DNA of 61,837 nt, filler included, from Choristocarpus tenellus KU-1152 (lineage: Eukaryota; Protista; Phaeophyceae), in the NCBI GenBank assembly GCA_964200185.2. It is 10 parts of 10 records of this genome, joined end to end, with 100 filler letters (N's around TTAATTAATTAA, not from the genome) between each part and the next. Parts side by side here need not be neighbours in the genome. Positions count along the whole stretch, not along the records: positions 1 to 3,522 come from CAXNAD020019471.1; positions 3,623 to 11,727 come from CAXNAD020005139.1; positions 11,828 to 14,601 come from CAXNAD020024867.1; 7 more parts are not named here. One strand, given 5' to 3'. Made by a program: the position numbers and the translations under genes. This document shows positions 1-11,960 of the stretch, piece after piece (positions within the stretch are counted from its first letter, which is position 1; every line of letters starts with the position of its first letter). The notes below the pieces were generated by a model. The model searched no databases, was not told the DNA's origin, and was given only the letters and a program-made list of their open reading frames with translations.

Positions 1-1
1 A

Positions 2-3000
2 AACATCTCCACGGTTGTCGAAATGAAACCTATGCAACGGATCAGAGCCGTGAGTGTGCCTCTCGTGTTCGTAACTATAGCTGAATTGGATTGTATCGTA
101 ATAAAAAGTTGATGCTTGGTAGGATTGATTGTGGATCTTCTTCGTGATTCTGTGGCGACAAGGTTGCCTTCCGTATTACAAACCTTGCTGTTTTGTCTGT
201 CCTCGTCTTTCGTTATTAATAGGGATAAAACGATCTTGGCCAATCCACACCTCATTCCTGAGTGCAACTATCTTAGAGGGTACGAATTTCGCCGTTTTTG
301 TCCGTGTGGGTCTTGGCTTCCCATGTTTTGTTTTCATGACATTTTCCTACTCCAAAATGTTTAGGAGTAGGTTCAATGTGTACGTTATGAAAGGTGTGTC
401 CGAAACATAGATATTGACACTTCCTAACAAACAAGATAGCCAAAATTACATCAGAATCACAACGTTGGATACTTTGGCTCTTCTTCCTCCAATACGCGTC
501 ACTGACAAAATAATGTATATGATTGGTGTTAGGATTTTCAACGTATTTAAAACTATTTCGCCTGGCAAGCCGCCTCCATTAAACACGTTCACCACGTTAA
601 CCATATCATTTGCTCTGTCTGATAGACATGCTATCGTACTTCCATCACACTATCCATTTCTTTTCACGTCACCATCTTTCCCTCCTCTCCTCAACGGCGT
701 CCTCCGCCGTCTCCACTACTAGATTATCGAGAAGGACTCGTCTCTACGCGCTTACCTCGCCACCTGGGATGGTCCATACAAGGATGTACTCAACCGAGTC
801 AACCTCCACCATGTCCACGGCGGGGAGGGCTATGATGGCGGCGGCGCAGAAGTTGAAAGCAACAACGGATCGGCATCAAATAACCGTGAGAAAGATGACG
901 GGGGAGGGGGCGAAGACGTTATAGAGCGGGAAGACATCGGAGGGAACGGAGTCCCAGACATGGAGGGTGCGGACGTAGGGGGTTCTGTGGGCAGTGTTCC
1001 TGGCGCGGAGGAGGTTCAAAACGGCCATGGAGGGTGGAACGCGGGCGTTTGCTGTGCTGAATGCAATCCTCAACCTACGTCTCCGTGAGTAATGTCCTTG
1101 TAACGGTACACATGCAGGGCGGAGTGTAATTAATAGCGTAAGATTGTTTTCCATCCAATCCCCCGAACGGATAGATACTTTGTATCTTTTCAGCGGCGCA
1201 GACCATTTAACCGGTGGTATGTTGCATGTTATACCTGTATGCAGCGCTGCGGTATCTACCCCCACGTCTCTTTGTTTACCACAGTACAATTGTGTGTTAA
1301 TAATACATGTACATCACCGACATTTGTAACTCACTTGTACTGTCTTGCGCAGCCAATTTCGCATTCCTTCACAACCCTGGATTCCCGCGTTGCAGTGTTG
1401 TGTCCAATTAGTTACTTTGAAAAATAGTATCATGTCTGTATAATGCTCTCGTCCGATTACACGCGCTACAGGTATTCATGCCCTAGGAGCTCAATCACCC
1501 ATATGGTCGAATGTGCCAACGCAGAGATTGCAGGCGATGAAAGGGACAAGGATCGATTATGTATCAATTGCCCCATGGCACGGGAGGCAGTGAAGGGTCT
1601 GGATCGGTGGAGAACGAAGCGGCGGATCGAGACAGGGCCAAGGGTAAGGATAAGGGTAAGGCTGGCGCAAGGAGCACGGGCGGGTCAACCACTACGCAAA
1701 GCCTTTTACGTCCCACCTCACACAGCGCTACGGCCGACATGGAGAAGTGCATGTGGGTCTTGGCGTGGTTGCACATTATACAAACACATGAGTCGTCTCT
1801 GCGTGTTTGATTTTGCATTGGTTTGCACGTAGGTCTTGGCTGCTTGTACATCGTGTCGATTGCTCGTCCTTTGTACCTTGAATGTGTCACTTTTTTGAAG
1901 GGTTCCATGGGTCATGGAACTCAGTGTTTTGACGTCTACGTCCCTAACCCACGAGATGTATCTGATGAGTCTGGCGTTGTGGAGGGTACGGCCTGACATT
2001 TTGAAGATGCCATGGAAATATTTTCAGGAACTCACTTAATGAAAAGATTTTTACTGCACCGTAGCTTACTATGCCGTCCTTCTTGTCGTGCTGTGTGTCT
2101 ACTGTATCGTGTGTCATGATGTCCAAGCAGGAGTGAGAACGCTGCACTACACGACCTTTGCCCTCTCAACCCCACGGTATCGTTAGACAAACTTGGTGAT
2201 TTCTCCTTCCGCAACGCGCCAAAGCTTGCCATAGTGTCCATTGCCGCCGAGCCGAGACTCCTAATCGAAGAAGAGGCGATCAACACGCACCTGCGCGAGA
2301 TGCTTCAATGCTTGCAGGATAAGATGCATCCTAAGGGCACCATCGCGCTCACTGTACCCCACCCGTGGAAGGTGCATTTACACCGCATAAACGGTGAGTT
2401 GCTGAATTCGCCAGCGCTGAAATACGGGGTGTATTGCGGGAGACTATTGAAATCAATTATAACTGTTATTTTTCCGTCCGTGTGCCGATCGAATATTGTG
2501 TGACCGTTCAGTAGATGAGGATTAGGTCATTTGTATTCCTATATTCTTCACCTTTCCCATGTTGGTTCATGTCCTTCATACTTTCCACTTCCTTCTGTGT
2601 CGCTTGCTCTTCCCCCCCGGCAAATACCTTCTTCTCTGTTTCATTGTCCATTTTCGCGCATGCTGGTGTTACTCGTCTTCACTACATTATTTTTGCCATA
2701 CTTTCTCCTATTATTACTTTATATCCTATTGTTTGCAATTTTTAAATTGATTATTTGCCTTGCATTCCGCACTCATTGTACTAGTATAATGTTAGTGGTG
2801 CGAGATTTCATGAATCCATACCGTGACTACTTGTGTGATGTCACTTTCAAATTCGACACATGTCCGACCCACTCGCTCCCTCCCGCATTCTCTTCATTCA
2901 GAGGCTCTTACTGCGTCGAAGGTGGGTCTGTCATTAGAGGATCATCCCCTAATGCTAGGATACAAGACGAGGAGGGGGGGGCGCCCTCGATTAGGCACAG

Positions 3001-3208
3001 ATAACCATCTCAAAAGCCATTTGGACATGATTTGTCTTGCCCATAACGATGCGACAATGTTCACATGCAACAAGCAAGCAACCATCAACGACATCTTTGG
3101 CCACGGACGTGAAACGTCTCCTGTTGTACTCCAATCCATGATGGACGTCGAATACGAAGGTGCCGCCTCGGACATCCCCATGAGGGCCCTCAACTTCCTC
3201 GTTAACAG
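2..3208 (+). CDS. Partial 6-exon gene of unknown function: chromodomain-like segment, acidic Gly-rich linker, Cys-rich (AWS/pre-SET-like) cluster, then a region resembling a degenerate beta-class DNA amino-methyltransferase
   Basis: Exons 2-49, 723-1084, 1472-1643, 1901-1985, 2187-2393 and 2902-3208 have GT-AG ends and matching phases, with no stops. Translation includes RIRAIIEKDSSLRAYLATWDGPYKD, CCAEC..SCP..HMVEC..CINC, LREMLQCLQDKMHPKGTIAL and SDIPMRALNFLVNR. The gene model is well supported; the domain calls are inference. Confidence 0.7.
250..480 (+). repeat. Dispersed repeat family, copy 1 (intronic)
   Basis: Core TATGAAAGGTGTGTCC..GATATTGACAC..GATAGCCAAAAT recurs at about 36190-36280 (+), and in reverse orientation at about 45535-45785 and 11684-11727. 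Confidence 0.75.
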
Positions 3209-3522
3209 GTTCGTTAATAACGTCACACACATCCTTCCTCACAGAAGCAGCGATTTTCTTTTTAGAAGTTATAGGACATCGCTAAACAGTAACGGAACGA
3301 GCTGGGTGATGGTTCAGGGCCGTCGTTCCATACCATGAGATTGTTTCCCGAATCGGTACGTTAAGCGTGGAAACACACAAAGAGCGTGTTGCCCTGTATC
3401 GGAACGTACCGCATACACTGCGAAATGATGAATCCGTGCGCAATACAATATACCACGTTAGGCCTAATTTACGAACTGCCCTCCCACGCTAGGTACACGA
3501 ATGCTGGGGACACCGTCGTCTC

Positions 3523-3622
3523 NNNNNNNNNNNNNNNNNNNNNNNNNNNNNNNNNNNNNNNNNNNNTTAATTAATTAANNNNNNNNNNNNNNNNNNNNNN
3601 NNNNNNNNNNNNNNNNNNNNNN
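3523..3622. other. Artificial contig spacer, 44N-TTAATTAATTAA-44N (first of nine)
   Basis: Identical 100-nt spacers lie at 3523-3622, 11728-11827, 14602-14701, 26238-26337, 32592-32691, 40616-40715, 44412-44511, 47133-47232 and 53068-53167. TTAATTAATTAA places stops in all six frames. Separate 10-N gaps are at 28579-28588, 30648-30657 and 41292-41301. Confidence 0.98.
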
Positions 3623-3645
3623 GGGAAGGAAATAAGTAAGAGAAT

Positions 3646-3799
3646 GGGGGGGGGGGGGGGGGGGGTGGTTTGTGAGGGGGCGTCCGTTTTGGTCAAACAA
3701 CTTTTTTTTTGCTGACATTTCAAATCCGAAAATAGTGAAAATCGAAGAAAGGGTGAAAAATGGACGCCGACACCCCCCCCCCCCCAGATACTTTGACCC
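3646..3799. mobile_element. Poly-G-armed MITE, subfamily B (left terminus not resolved)
   Basis: Ends in CCCCCAGATACTTTGACCC, the reverse complement of the GGGTCAAAGTATCTGGGGG terminus at 38449. The internal GGTTTGTGAG..GGCGTCCGTTT..TGACATTTCAAATCCGA is shared with 38476-38540. Confidence 0.75.
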
Positions 3800-4922
3800 A
3801 TAAGATAGCACGAGAAAAAACATGTAAAGGTCGTTGCTACATCTTGTTACTTCTACGTGAATGCCTGCCATTGAAGGGCATTTGACATGCTGCGTAGGCT
3901 CACAGGAAGTAAGCTTGCCACCCGAAAGCATCCACTCTCGCCAAATATATACGTCTAACCCTAACCCTCCTTGTACTGGTGTGGAATATATATATTGTTG
4001 GTGGGTGGGCGGGACTTGACATTGATTAATGATTTGTGACTGTGAGTAGATAGATGCCTCTCCTTCGTTTTGTGACCCTTGATTTTGGAGGTGATGCATG
4101 CTTGATATGAAGGATTATCCACTATTCTCTCTAGTGGTCATGTTCGTATTTTTTTCTTGAAATTGAATTATTTAATTGCACATATTTGCATACTGTACGT
4201 ATCTTTCTTTCCTGTATTTCCGTATCTCACCATTTTCTCGTGAACATCGTTCTATATTTTTTCTACTCTTTGGTATTGTTTTCTTGACCAAGAATCAAAG
4301 AACCATGAAACCATTACTCCGAGTAGTATGTGTTTATAGTCAATCAAGTCATTGAGTGAAAAAGGGCACATTACTTTGGGACATTTCAATTTCGGTGTCA
4401 CCACCTTCGTTATCCAGAAAGTGTTCTAAGACGCTGAGAATCTACACACACACATACTCATTCACTACAGCATTCACAACACACTTCGAGTATTTCTATA
4501 CCTGAAGAGCCAAATTCCATTCTCAACCTTGTACAGTACCATCAGAAGGCAAATGTGGAGGATCACTCTCGACCTTCACACGTGGTTGCCCATAACCTGG
4601 TGGACTACACACCTATTGAGGTAATAAAATCCCCACATAACACGAAGACTAAGCATAATCTTACAATGATTGAATCAAAAAGGTCCACTTTGTTGTTGTT
4701 GTGCATAGATCACTACATCTACTTAAGCGAGACTCAATATTTTACATTAGAATAGCACAGAAGGAAGTACACGTGCCCATCCACCATTCACACCAAAGCA
4801 GGGCCTTACTCTCAAACACCTTTCAGTCCCACCTTTAACATCCCCAACCCAAAATCTTGATTGTTCAACATCTGAAGAGGTGCATAGCGAACAAGAATCT
4901 AACCACAATAATTTAAATAGTG

Positions 4923-7900
4923 TTATGAGGATGTGGCTGGACAGGTCAACTTCACCAGGGGCATACTGTAGTCCGGAGCGTCCTTGGCGCACTCAATGAC
5001 AATTGTTGCAAACAACTCGTGGACGAATGTAGTTGGGTGACCAGCAAAATCCCAAAAAACTCGGGCGTCGGGGTCCTCACAGATGCTGTCAACAGAGGGC
5101 TTCCCCTCAAAGCATTCCTGGCAAGGGGAGTCTCCATTGTTGCAGAGGATGCATGGACCCTCACAAGGGGAAAGGTACTGCAGGGCATTGACGAAGAATA
5201 TTCACAAATACCACGAAACCAGTCAGAGCAGTATGGGTGGAGTCGGGAGGGGCTATTTTAGAAATCTGCTGAGTGACTTCAAACGTGAAGTATTATTTTT
5301 GTATGTACAAGGTATAAGGAATAGCGACTTGTGAATTGTACAAATGTTTAGAGATATCATGAGACTCCACTCATACTGAATGAAAAGTCTAAATATGTAA
5401 ACGCCAGGACTCTGACCAAATCTACACATATGGGTGAACATGTAAAGACGCAAAACCCCCGCCAGTACTTATGGGCGGAATATGACAATTTTTTCGTGTA
5501 TCCAATTCTGTTTCGGCACATTAAAATATTTCCGAGCGATTTTCCACTTTCTTACCTCTGTACCCATTATATTAGCCCGAGCATCCACTTGGAAGTCAGT
5601 GAAGAGGCATGGTGTAAGCACTCCGAGTAAGCCCTCAGTGGAAAAGCCCAGAGATTCAATCACCTCTGCATCACTGGTAAAAGCCTGCAGCATACCAAGG
5701 GGTAGAAGTGTGCTGTGTGTAAAGGATGGTACAATGGAGTGCAGACCAGAGCTCTAACATAGAGAATCGTGATTCGTCATTTTTAGGTTCAACATATTTT
5801 CAAACTTGACTTTCGCCCTAAGTTTACAGGATAACATTCTCCATATATTATATTACTTTTAAACTGTTCGTCAGCTGTAAACATGTCCATATGTGGAGCC
5901 TAATAACAGTGTGCATATGCTGTCAAGCCCAGTTATTGGCAATCGTCTACTACTGCTGCAATCCCAATGCACCACTTCAACTACGGCAAAATGCTCACAC
6001 AGGGATGGGAAAAGTGCAGCATCTATTCTTCCAGACTAGTTCTTGATAAAGCCAGTCCGCAGGACAGGGGAGAATCCTACACAAGGCACCATTTCAATAA
6101 CGAAACAAGTTAATAATTCGCGTAGAAACTCACAGTAAAAAGGGCGTTTGTGTCCAGGAGCTTCACCCCATCCCATAGATCTGCCTGAGTCAGTGTTGCG
6201 ACCAAGGCCCCATTCATGGTTGCGGCCAACGTGTCAAATCCGCTCAAGACCTCAGCGCTCAGTCCGGATGCAGCCAGTCCAGGAAGTATTGCCAGACTCT
6301 GAACGTTCATCACCATGATCTTGCCTAATACACCTGAGGAACGGAGCTGGATAATACCCTGCACCACTGCAGATACAAAAGCTGCAACCATGTCCTCGGC
6401 AGTGCCAGGTGAAGGCTCCACGTAGGAGAAACCTCCTGGGACAGTCTCGTTGAGGGCTGCAGCTATATCACCACGAATCTGTGTTTGGAACCAATGGCCA
6501 ACATCATTGTTCCCCAGACCAATCACATGTGTAGCATCTGGAAGAGATATACGGAATAGTGTGGGGTTGTGGGATGCACATCAGGATGGGTCGCAGTTCA
6601 GGTCGCTAGGTCTAGGGTTAAGCTGAAAATGATCAAAGAATGGCAATGAGGATTGCCAATGGGTTTTTTTATTCAGTGAGAGGGTGGTAACATGTATTCG
6701 ATATAATATAGGACCAGGTTACAAAAAACAACTCCTACCACCAAGGCGGTGCAAGTCCACACCCCATGAAAAATCACTCTGCAATTTTGTAGAAGATCAT
6801 AGTGACGATGCCTAGGTACCATGAATCCCATACAAGCACCGGGATAGATCGTTGACAACACCAAAGAGTGTTGCCATCTCATACGTATGCATTTCTTCTT
6901 ATCCTCAGAAGAAAACACCATATCCTCAACCCCCTTATTGTCCACCCCTCCCACCCAACTTCCCCTGTCAATTCCTTACCTTTTGTCTCTTCTAAATTCT
7001 GCCTGGAGAGGTACTCGGCAATCTGACCTTCCAATGTCTGAAGGACAAAATAATATTTCCACAGCAGAAATACAAAACCATGGCCAAGGGTCAGAATTTT
7101 CCACAAAGGGGGCCCAAGGACAATAGAAACATCAAACGTGGCAGTGGGTAGGTTGGGGAGGGGGAAGAGGCGAGCGTCAGAAGATGGATTCAAAGAAGTA
7201 GCCCACCAGGTTGTGATGCCGTTTACTCATTCTCAGTTATTTTCTTTGTGACATGTTGTCACCTGTTGTGGTCGCATTTACAATGAAAGTTCCCGCATTG
7301 GCAAATAGTAGAATAGTATGATCGATGCAGTACTGCAATTCGCGCATGGTGCACTACGGACTACTATGGTGAGGTAGATATTGTATAGTACATAGAGAAA
7401 ATAGGTTACGGGTGGTACATGCCAACCTACAAACATGAACTTTACTTAAGTTCACAATGGACATGCAGCATGCAAGGTTTTCCTCGGTTGTGGGCATTGA
7501 AGTGATACATGCAGTGGAGACCTCTTTATGTGTCAATAGCGTAACAGTAGTACATGCAAATGTACGAGAGATCTATTATGAGTACACACCTATGAGTTGG
7601 GTGCAAGGTTCCCCTTCAATCAAGCTAGAACAACAAACCGAATACTATATTCAGTGTGAGCATAGGTTAGCATCACCCTTATACAACACTTTTCGGAGGT
7701 AGAGAAACCTTAGTGCCATATGTGTGCGCCACTCGTCATGTCACAATAAACACATAAACTGTGACTAGTGTGTATGTGATACTCATAGACTCTGTAGCCG
7801 CCAGTGGTACAATTGCTATTGAACTAGGAATGGATAGCTGGGAAGTGTTAATGTGCTGTAGTAGTAAGAGTTAGGAGCCAAAGATTGCCACATATTGAGG

Positions 7901-9974
7901 ATGCTCAGGGTTGCTGGAATGAAAGGGGAGCATTCCATGGTGTATCCCCTCGTGGGGTGTTGCACCTTCCATTTTATTGGAAAACACGATCATATGAGAG
8001 TCATAAAACCCACTTCATTCTAGTCAGTAGGTAATGAAGACAAAAAAATAATGTGTGTGTGTGTTAGATATCGATCTCTTTTTTTTTAATTGCTTACAAC
8101 TGTAGTGAGAATCTTCGCCATCATGTCGTAGATGGAGGTCTAATCCCTAAAACTTGTTGAGAAGACGCCCACATGTGATGTACACCACGTACACAACAAC
8201 TAGATGTGAAACAAAGTACGGTAAAATAAGGTGGGTATCTGGGTTTGTGCAATCTGCACCAATTTTAATGAATACCTCAATAGAATACAAGTTTAATCCA
8301 TGACGATCAAATCTGTCGATAATTAGATTTTTCACGAGCTTGAATCCTCTTCAAACATCTCTGACATTTCTATCCAAGTTTTTTGGTCTCATATAGAACT
8401 GTACCTAGTATCATTTCAACGCCAACAAATGCCCGAAACTCACCGCCGTGGGAGCACCAAATATGTTGTTAAGCTCACTGTAACCCACACAGTTTTCAAG
8501 AGAGGGGAACTCTGATGAAGCTGTGGCAGAACCGGTAGCGAAGTTCAGACCCTTTGCGTGAAAAAAATCAACATGGTCGTAGAAGTAGGCCACATGAAGC
8601 GATGCCAGGGAGGGGAAACAGCATCTTGGTGTAAGAGCAGCACCTATTAATAGCATTGGGAGCGACCAAGTATATTCCGCTGACCAAGCTACACTACTAC
8701 CGTTGATATTTTTGTTATACTGCGTACGTAGTAGTTGTTTGCATATATGGTAAGTGTTACCCCCTACACTTTCCATGAGGAAAGTAACCAATAAACTGAT
8801 GAAAGGGGGTGTGTGCCACTGTTGTCAAGGAGTTGTGTCGTTGAGAATAACTGGACACAGGGAGAAATGTGGTACACAATGCAGAGATTGCACCATATGA
8901 AGCTTTTTCGACCTGCACTTGCGTAAGGGTGACGTGGGTATCGATCATTGTTGCTCACTAAAATTTACAACGTATCAGCTCGCACCTTAGGCACATTGAG
9001 AAGATCAGGCCAAACTGGACCATTGCTGTAAGTTTTACCACGATAAACTTTGGTCTTCGTGCATGCTATGTCGTTCTGCATTGAAGAAAAAGAACAGTTT
9101 ATAAAGGTACAGGAAACACAAGTTACGAGAGACGCACCACCACACGAAACTGCGTTCAAATACGGATTAGGGTACGAGGTATCCATACTTATTCACAGTA
9201 GGCAGGACAGAACACGGTAAGAAAATGTGAGTTAATGATCTCGCTGTGATATTCACCACACTCTGGAATACTACTTCAAGGCTTTATCAAACCATCGCCT
9301 CGCAGATTAGTGTACAAAATGAGGGTTGTTTGGTAAGTTGAAGGTGCAGTAAAGAAGTGGAGGGTTGCTCACATGACGCAATATCCAACCCCATTGCCTG
9401 CCCTTACCTCTTCACAGTTGGGGTCAACGAAAAGCTTCCTGAACGGGAAGGGACCCAAGTCCTCGAAGTCGAAGCTGGATGGCGCACTGAACCTCCTTCC
9501 CGTATCTGCTGTGGAATCCCCAAATACCACGAAATCCTGAATCGGGAAAGATACACGAGCACAAGAGGAGAAATAGAGTTAGTGTTAGCACCTCCTGACA
9601 TCCGAGTAAATGAAAGGGGTTTGTAGGTAAAACCAACCGCCTGATAGTCAATTCAATCACTCTTGTTTCTCAATCCCAACATGCAACATTTTATTATACA
9701 TCTTGTTCATTGTAAGTCTGCCACAACAAGCATCGATCACACGCCAACCGCCTGAATTCTCCTCTACCGCACGATGTTGAGGGAATCGATCCCATTTCAA
9801 GGATAGTCTAGCCTTGCGCAGGGCTGGCACCCGTAATGTTTAGAAAATATTTCGTAAGGTTATAAATACCCCTTTCATCGCAGTGCAGTCGGTCGTCGTC
9901 ATGGTCAGACTCCTCGCCGGTTCCATGGCTGTTGCTGCATGTACGTTTCCCATGGTAAACGTGTCTGTTCGGCT
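4923..9974 (-). CDS. GDSL/SGNH lipase-esterase, 8 exons (5' end uncertain)
   Basis: Exons ~9974-9870, 9536-9408 (FVVFGDSTADTG, block I), 9075-8986 (YSNGPVWPD), 8551-8444 (GLNFATGSA, block II), 7037-6980 (LEGQIAEY), 6537-6134 (IGLGNND, block III), 5684-5556 and 5177-4923 (FWDFAGHPT, block V, TAA). All phases match. Confidence 0.92.
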
Positions 9975-10306
9975 AGGAAAGGGGTAGGAGCTAAGTAAAA
10001 AGGGAGTGAGTGATGTTAACAGTGTTAGCTGCACTTCGTAACTTGGGGTCAGAAAGGAGACAATGAAGTTAGTTGCCTAGTCGGGAGCAATTATCAAGCA
10101 AGTTCATCCAAATAATACTTCCAGTTTCCAATTCTTCTGAAGTCTCTTGTCATTGGTCAAAGAAAAGTATGATCGCGTTCGAAATTCGAAAATTAGTTGG
10201 TCAAGGTTATCCATTTATATCTTCCAAAATTGAAGAAGGTTACCTTCAAATAGGTTCTGTATTGTACTAGACGTTGAAAAAATTAGATGCGTTTCTCTCA
10301 ACAATA

Positions 10307-10590
10307 AATCAACTACGTTTCCCCCCTGATACATCTGCAAAATGTCAGAGGGCATAATAATATAAACAATCAACTACGTTGAAAAATAATACACTACAAT
10401 GTATATAGTTCTCGTTGGTTTCCCCCTGACACATCTGCAAAATGTCAGAGGGCATAATAATATATACACATATGTATATAGTTTTCATTGGTTTTCCCCT
10501 GACACATCTGCAAAATGTCAGAGGGCATAATAATATTATATAATATACACTACAAGGGCATAACAATAAAATATATACACTACAACGGTT
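10307..10590. repeat. Imperfect tandem triplication with core CCCCTGACACATCTGCAAAATGTCAGAGGGCATAATAA
   Basis: Three copies at about 10323, 10423 and 10496 with variable flanks. A fourth copy opens another contig at 14702-14740. Confidence 0.85.
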
Positions 10591-11113
10591 GTGTTGAGTT
10601 TTCAGTTCTATATATCGTTATCTTATAGATATGAATAAAGTGAGAGTTTATGAAATAATATGAGTTTTGTAGGCGGAAGAATTCTGGTTGGTTGGGGCAC
10701 AGGACAAGCGTGGGTAGGGGAAAGAAAAAGAAGGAAGCAGGAAGAGAAGGAATAGTTAAGGAAGGGACGAAATTGGTTAATAGAAATGAGTGGTAGATAA
10801 AGGGAAGGACAGCAGCCAGTCAGTGATAAAAGGAAAGAAAACGAGGGGTAAAAGACGAGGAGAGGAGACCAAGGCAACCTCCTAGCAAGCTTCTCCCACC
10901 CACCCACCCTGTCGCTTGCTCACGAACGACGGAAACGCTGGGAAAGGGGGGGGGAAGGGGAGGTCAAGTTACGGCGGGGTAGATGTCTTCTAGCTCAAAG
11001 GCACGGTTTGAAGTGGATCATGAAGGGGTGTTCTTGGATGATTGTGGAGTGGTGTTGAGTGGTGTGAGAACTGCTGTGGGGTTGAGGGGGGTGGTAACTT
11101 GTGTGGGTTGAAA

Positions 11114-11223
11114 GGATGGCTGGTAATCAGTGACGAAGGGCATTCGCACTGGTTGTTCATCAAATGGGGATGGCTGGCAATCAGTGACGAAGGGCATTCG
11201 CACTGGTTGGTCACCAAATGGGG
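11114..11223. repeat. 54-bp tandem duplication
   Basis: GGATGGCTGG(T/C)AATCAGTGACGAAGGGCATTCGCACTGGTTG...CAAATGG starts at 11114 and again at 11168. Confidence 0.9.
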
Positions 11224-11938
11224 AATAGAGAATAGAGGAATGGCAAATTAGGAATGAGCAAACAAAAATAATAATCCAGAATTCGTGAGCAAAACAAATA
11301 GTAAGATGAGACAGATGAAAAGTGATATATTTTATATCAACCAACAAACAACTAAAGATATAGAAACAAAATATGTGTATATGGTTTTACCAGTCGCCTT
11401 TAAGACAGAATTTGTCCTGGTCAAACTTTCGATCGGAGTGGAATTTTTCGTCGAAATAAGCTTGATGTGACCCTTGACTCACTCCTAACATTATCAGATA
11501 TGTTGGAGTTGGTTGAGCGATGGGTGAAAGGGCGATTTTCCTCATTAAAATCAAGTTACTTTGACATCCGTCCGTCCTTCATTCAGTGTATGACTTGGAG
11601 GGCTCTTTCTCCTCTCCCAGGACGAGTTTTTTCACGGGAGAAAAAGAGTCAAAGTATCTTAGAGGGTAGGGCCGCATCCATTCGGGGGCCGAAATCCAAT
11701 GTTGCGATTTCCATGTAATTTTATCCGNNNNNNNNNNNNNNNNNNNNNNNNNNNNNNNNNNNNNNNNNNNNTTAATTAATTAANNNNNNNNNNNNNNNNN
11801 NNNNNNNNNNNNNNNNNNNNNNNNNNNTTCTGTTGATAATACAAGTGTTACTAGTGGTTGTGCCATGTCCACCCCCCCCCCCCCCCAGTGGGAAAGTCCG
11901 AAATATGCGTCATTTATTTACGGGATTATTATTCTCAG

Positions 11939-11960
11939 CGGTTAGGGTTAGGGTTAGGTT
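11939..11960 (+). repeat. Short interstitial telomere-like (TTAGGG)n motif, representative of many
   Basis: GGTTAGGGTTAGGGTTAGG. Similar 2-3 unit runs lie near 3957, 22869, 25764, 29104, 45750, 52484, 52565 and 56094 on either strand. Confidence 0.65.

Noticed and set aside
3567-3578. Recurrent TTAATTAATTAA as a biological repeat or CRISPR-like array
   Set aside because: It is always centred in identical N pads, so it is an assembly linker.
9811-9825. CCTTGCGCAGGG resembling reverse-complement U6 snRNA
   Set aside because: Only about 12 nt match, and the flanking U6 elements (ACAGAGA box) are absent.
10307-10590. CRISPR-like repeat-spacer array
   Set aside because: The intervening segments are homologous to each other, there are only three units, the context is eukaryotic and no cas genes are present.
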